Part shown: positions 53,515-54,870 of the stretch, one piece after another
How the letters are laid out: each line of letters begins with the position of its first letter
Numbering within the stretch: the first letter of the stretch is position 1
NCBI GenBank assembly: GCA_000165425.1
Contig: CT867989.1
Coordinates: 248,001-302,870, forward strand
Direction of reading: 5' to 3'
Source: Paramecium tetraurelia
Taxonomy: Eukaryota
Length of the DNA stretch: 54,870 nt
Program-made: the position numbers and the translations under genes
Notes under the pieces: model-generated
The model's input: the letters and a program-made list of their open reading frames with translations, nothing else
What the model was told of the DNA's origin: nothing
The model's database searches: none

Positions 53515-54480
53515 TCATCAGAATATAGCAAAGAATTTTAAGTTTTTTGTTAGAATTGTGATTCCAAACCCCCCATATATTCAAGTAAGGCTCTTTTCGT
53601 TTTTTTCTTCCCTATCTTTTTTATGAAATGATAGTATTGTTCAATATTCCTCATTAATTTTAATACGATAAGTTTAATCATTATACCCTAAGAATTCTCC
53701 TTATTTGATAGTGTAAATAATATCAGATCAGTTCCATTCTACTTATAATAGTGTTTCAAATCTATAATCTGATTATTATTAGGTAAAGAGCACTATATTG
53801 ATTAATTTCTTACTTAAACTCGAAACTTGAATTCAAATCAAAATTAATTATATATTTCAATACCTCTCCAAAGATTGAAAAAGCAAATTACTCTGTAGTT
53901 TAAAATTGCAAATTCTCCAAAGTCTTCCAATATTAAAGTTGAATTTATATTATTCTCAGTTTTTAATCTATGTTCAACTTTTATTTATAATAGTTTATTT
54001 CATTCTATAATAATACTTAAACTATTCCTTCCACTTTCTTGTTTGTTTCCATTAATCTACTGTTACATTTTCAATACTGTATTGCTACACAACATGTAAA
54101 TTTTATTAAGTTAATAATCTTCAATGGTTGTATATTATTTCATAATAATGTTATTTATATTACTCCTTTTTCTTAATTAGAAAGCAATGTAACTCAATAT
54201 AAACTGATGTATTAGAATTTGAGAAAAAGTTACTTTCATTAAATGTCTAAGAATTTATCTCTTTTAACTTATTGAAATAAAGTAAATTGTATTTTTTAAC
54301 TAAATTTTTTCTAATTGTTTTTTTGTATTACAATTGTCCTTTTTTAGTTAATTCCAAAAATAAATGAATTTTGCTCATAACGCTTATATAGAGAGTTTCT
54401 CTAAAAATTAAATGAATCAATATTTTATGAATTTATCCCTTTTATTAAAATAATTGATTATTCACTTATGATAAATTTCA
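53515..54480 (-). pseudogene. Possible decayed or truncated gene
   Basis: Protein-like minus-strand stretch (CSLPNNNQIIDLKHYYKQNGTDLILFTLS...KRALLE then, in another frame, YGGFGITIL); no clean start or stop model. Confidence 0.25.
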
Positions 54481-54870
54481 TAAATCATATTAAAATTCTT
54501 CCTAAAATCCAAAATTTTAAAGAAATACTATTAATAGCCAATTGAGTAAAAAATCTATAATTAAATTGATAATATAATATATACATACTGGATCAACAAG
54601 ATATGATTATTTTATTGACTCTATAATGTGAAAAAGAAATTTCTTTTTATAGTATATTTGAGTTTTATTGAGTCAATAAAATAGTCTTATTTTGTTGACT
54701 CAACACATTTATATATATTATATATAAATTTATGTATATATTTTTACTAAATGAGCTGCCACAAACGACATTTTCATTGAATTACTTTTGATTGTTTCCT
54801 TATTAAATTGATTATAAAGTAGTTTTTAAAAACTGTAATTTCCCACTAGCATTATCCTAATTTTTGTTTC

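Overview
AT-rich, gene-dense eukaryotic DNA that reads as ciliate macronuclear sequence, most likely Paramecium. Genes only translate when TAA/TAG = Gln and TGA is the sole stop (code 6). Introns are 22-30 nt GT..AG, and many intergenic gaps are under 60 nt. The supplied ORF track uses the wrong code, so I re-read genes by hand; exon boundaries are approximate. About 25 genes are present: an ABCC transporter (5' part), two WD40 proteins, a RING protein, a large multipass membrane protein, two CaMK-like kinases, ankyrin, IQ-MORN and EF-hand-like proteins, a syntaxin, two cyclic-nucleotide-binding paralogs, PIG-A, a DnaJ protein, a serine carboxypeptidase, an eIF4A-III-like helicase, a PX protein, a ~2,460-aa Cys-rich surface protein and a synaptojanin-like phosphatase. 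The most unusual part is ~24.8-34.1 kb. It holds a ~1,950-aa SecA-like ATPase fused to TPR and hydrophobic-hairpin segments, an intronless bacterial-type GyrI-like effector-binding gene with a +1 frameshift, decayed sequence, and GC-rich hairpins abutting an assembly gap. Also notable are an eIF4A-III paralog with degenerate helicase motifs and a cluster of single-base insertions at 16.3-17.8 kb.
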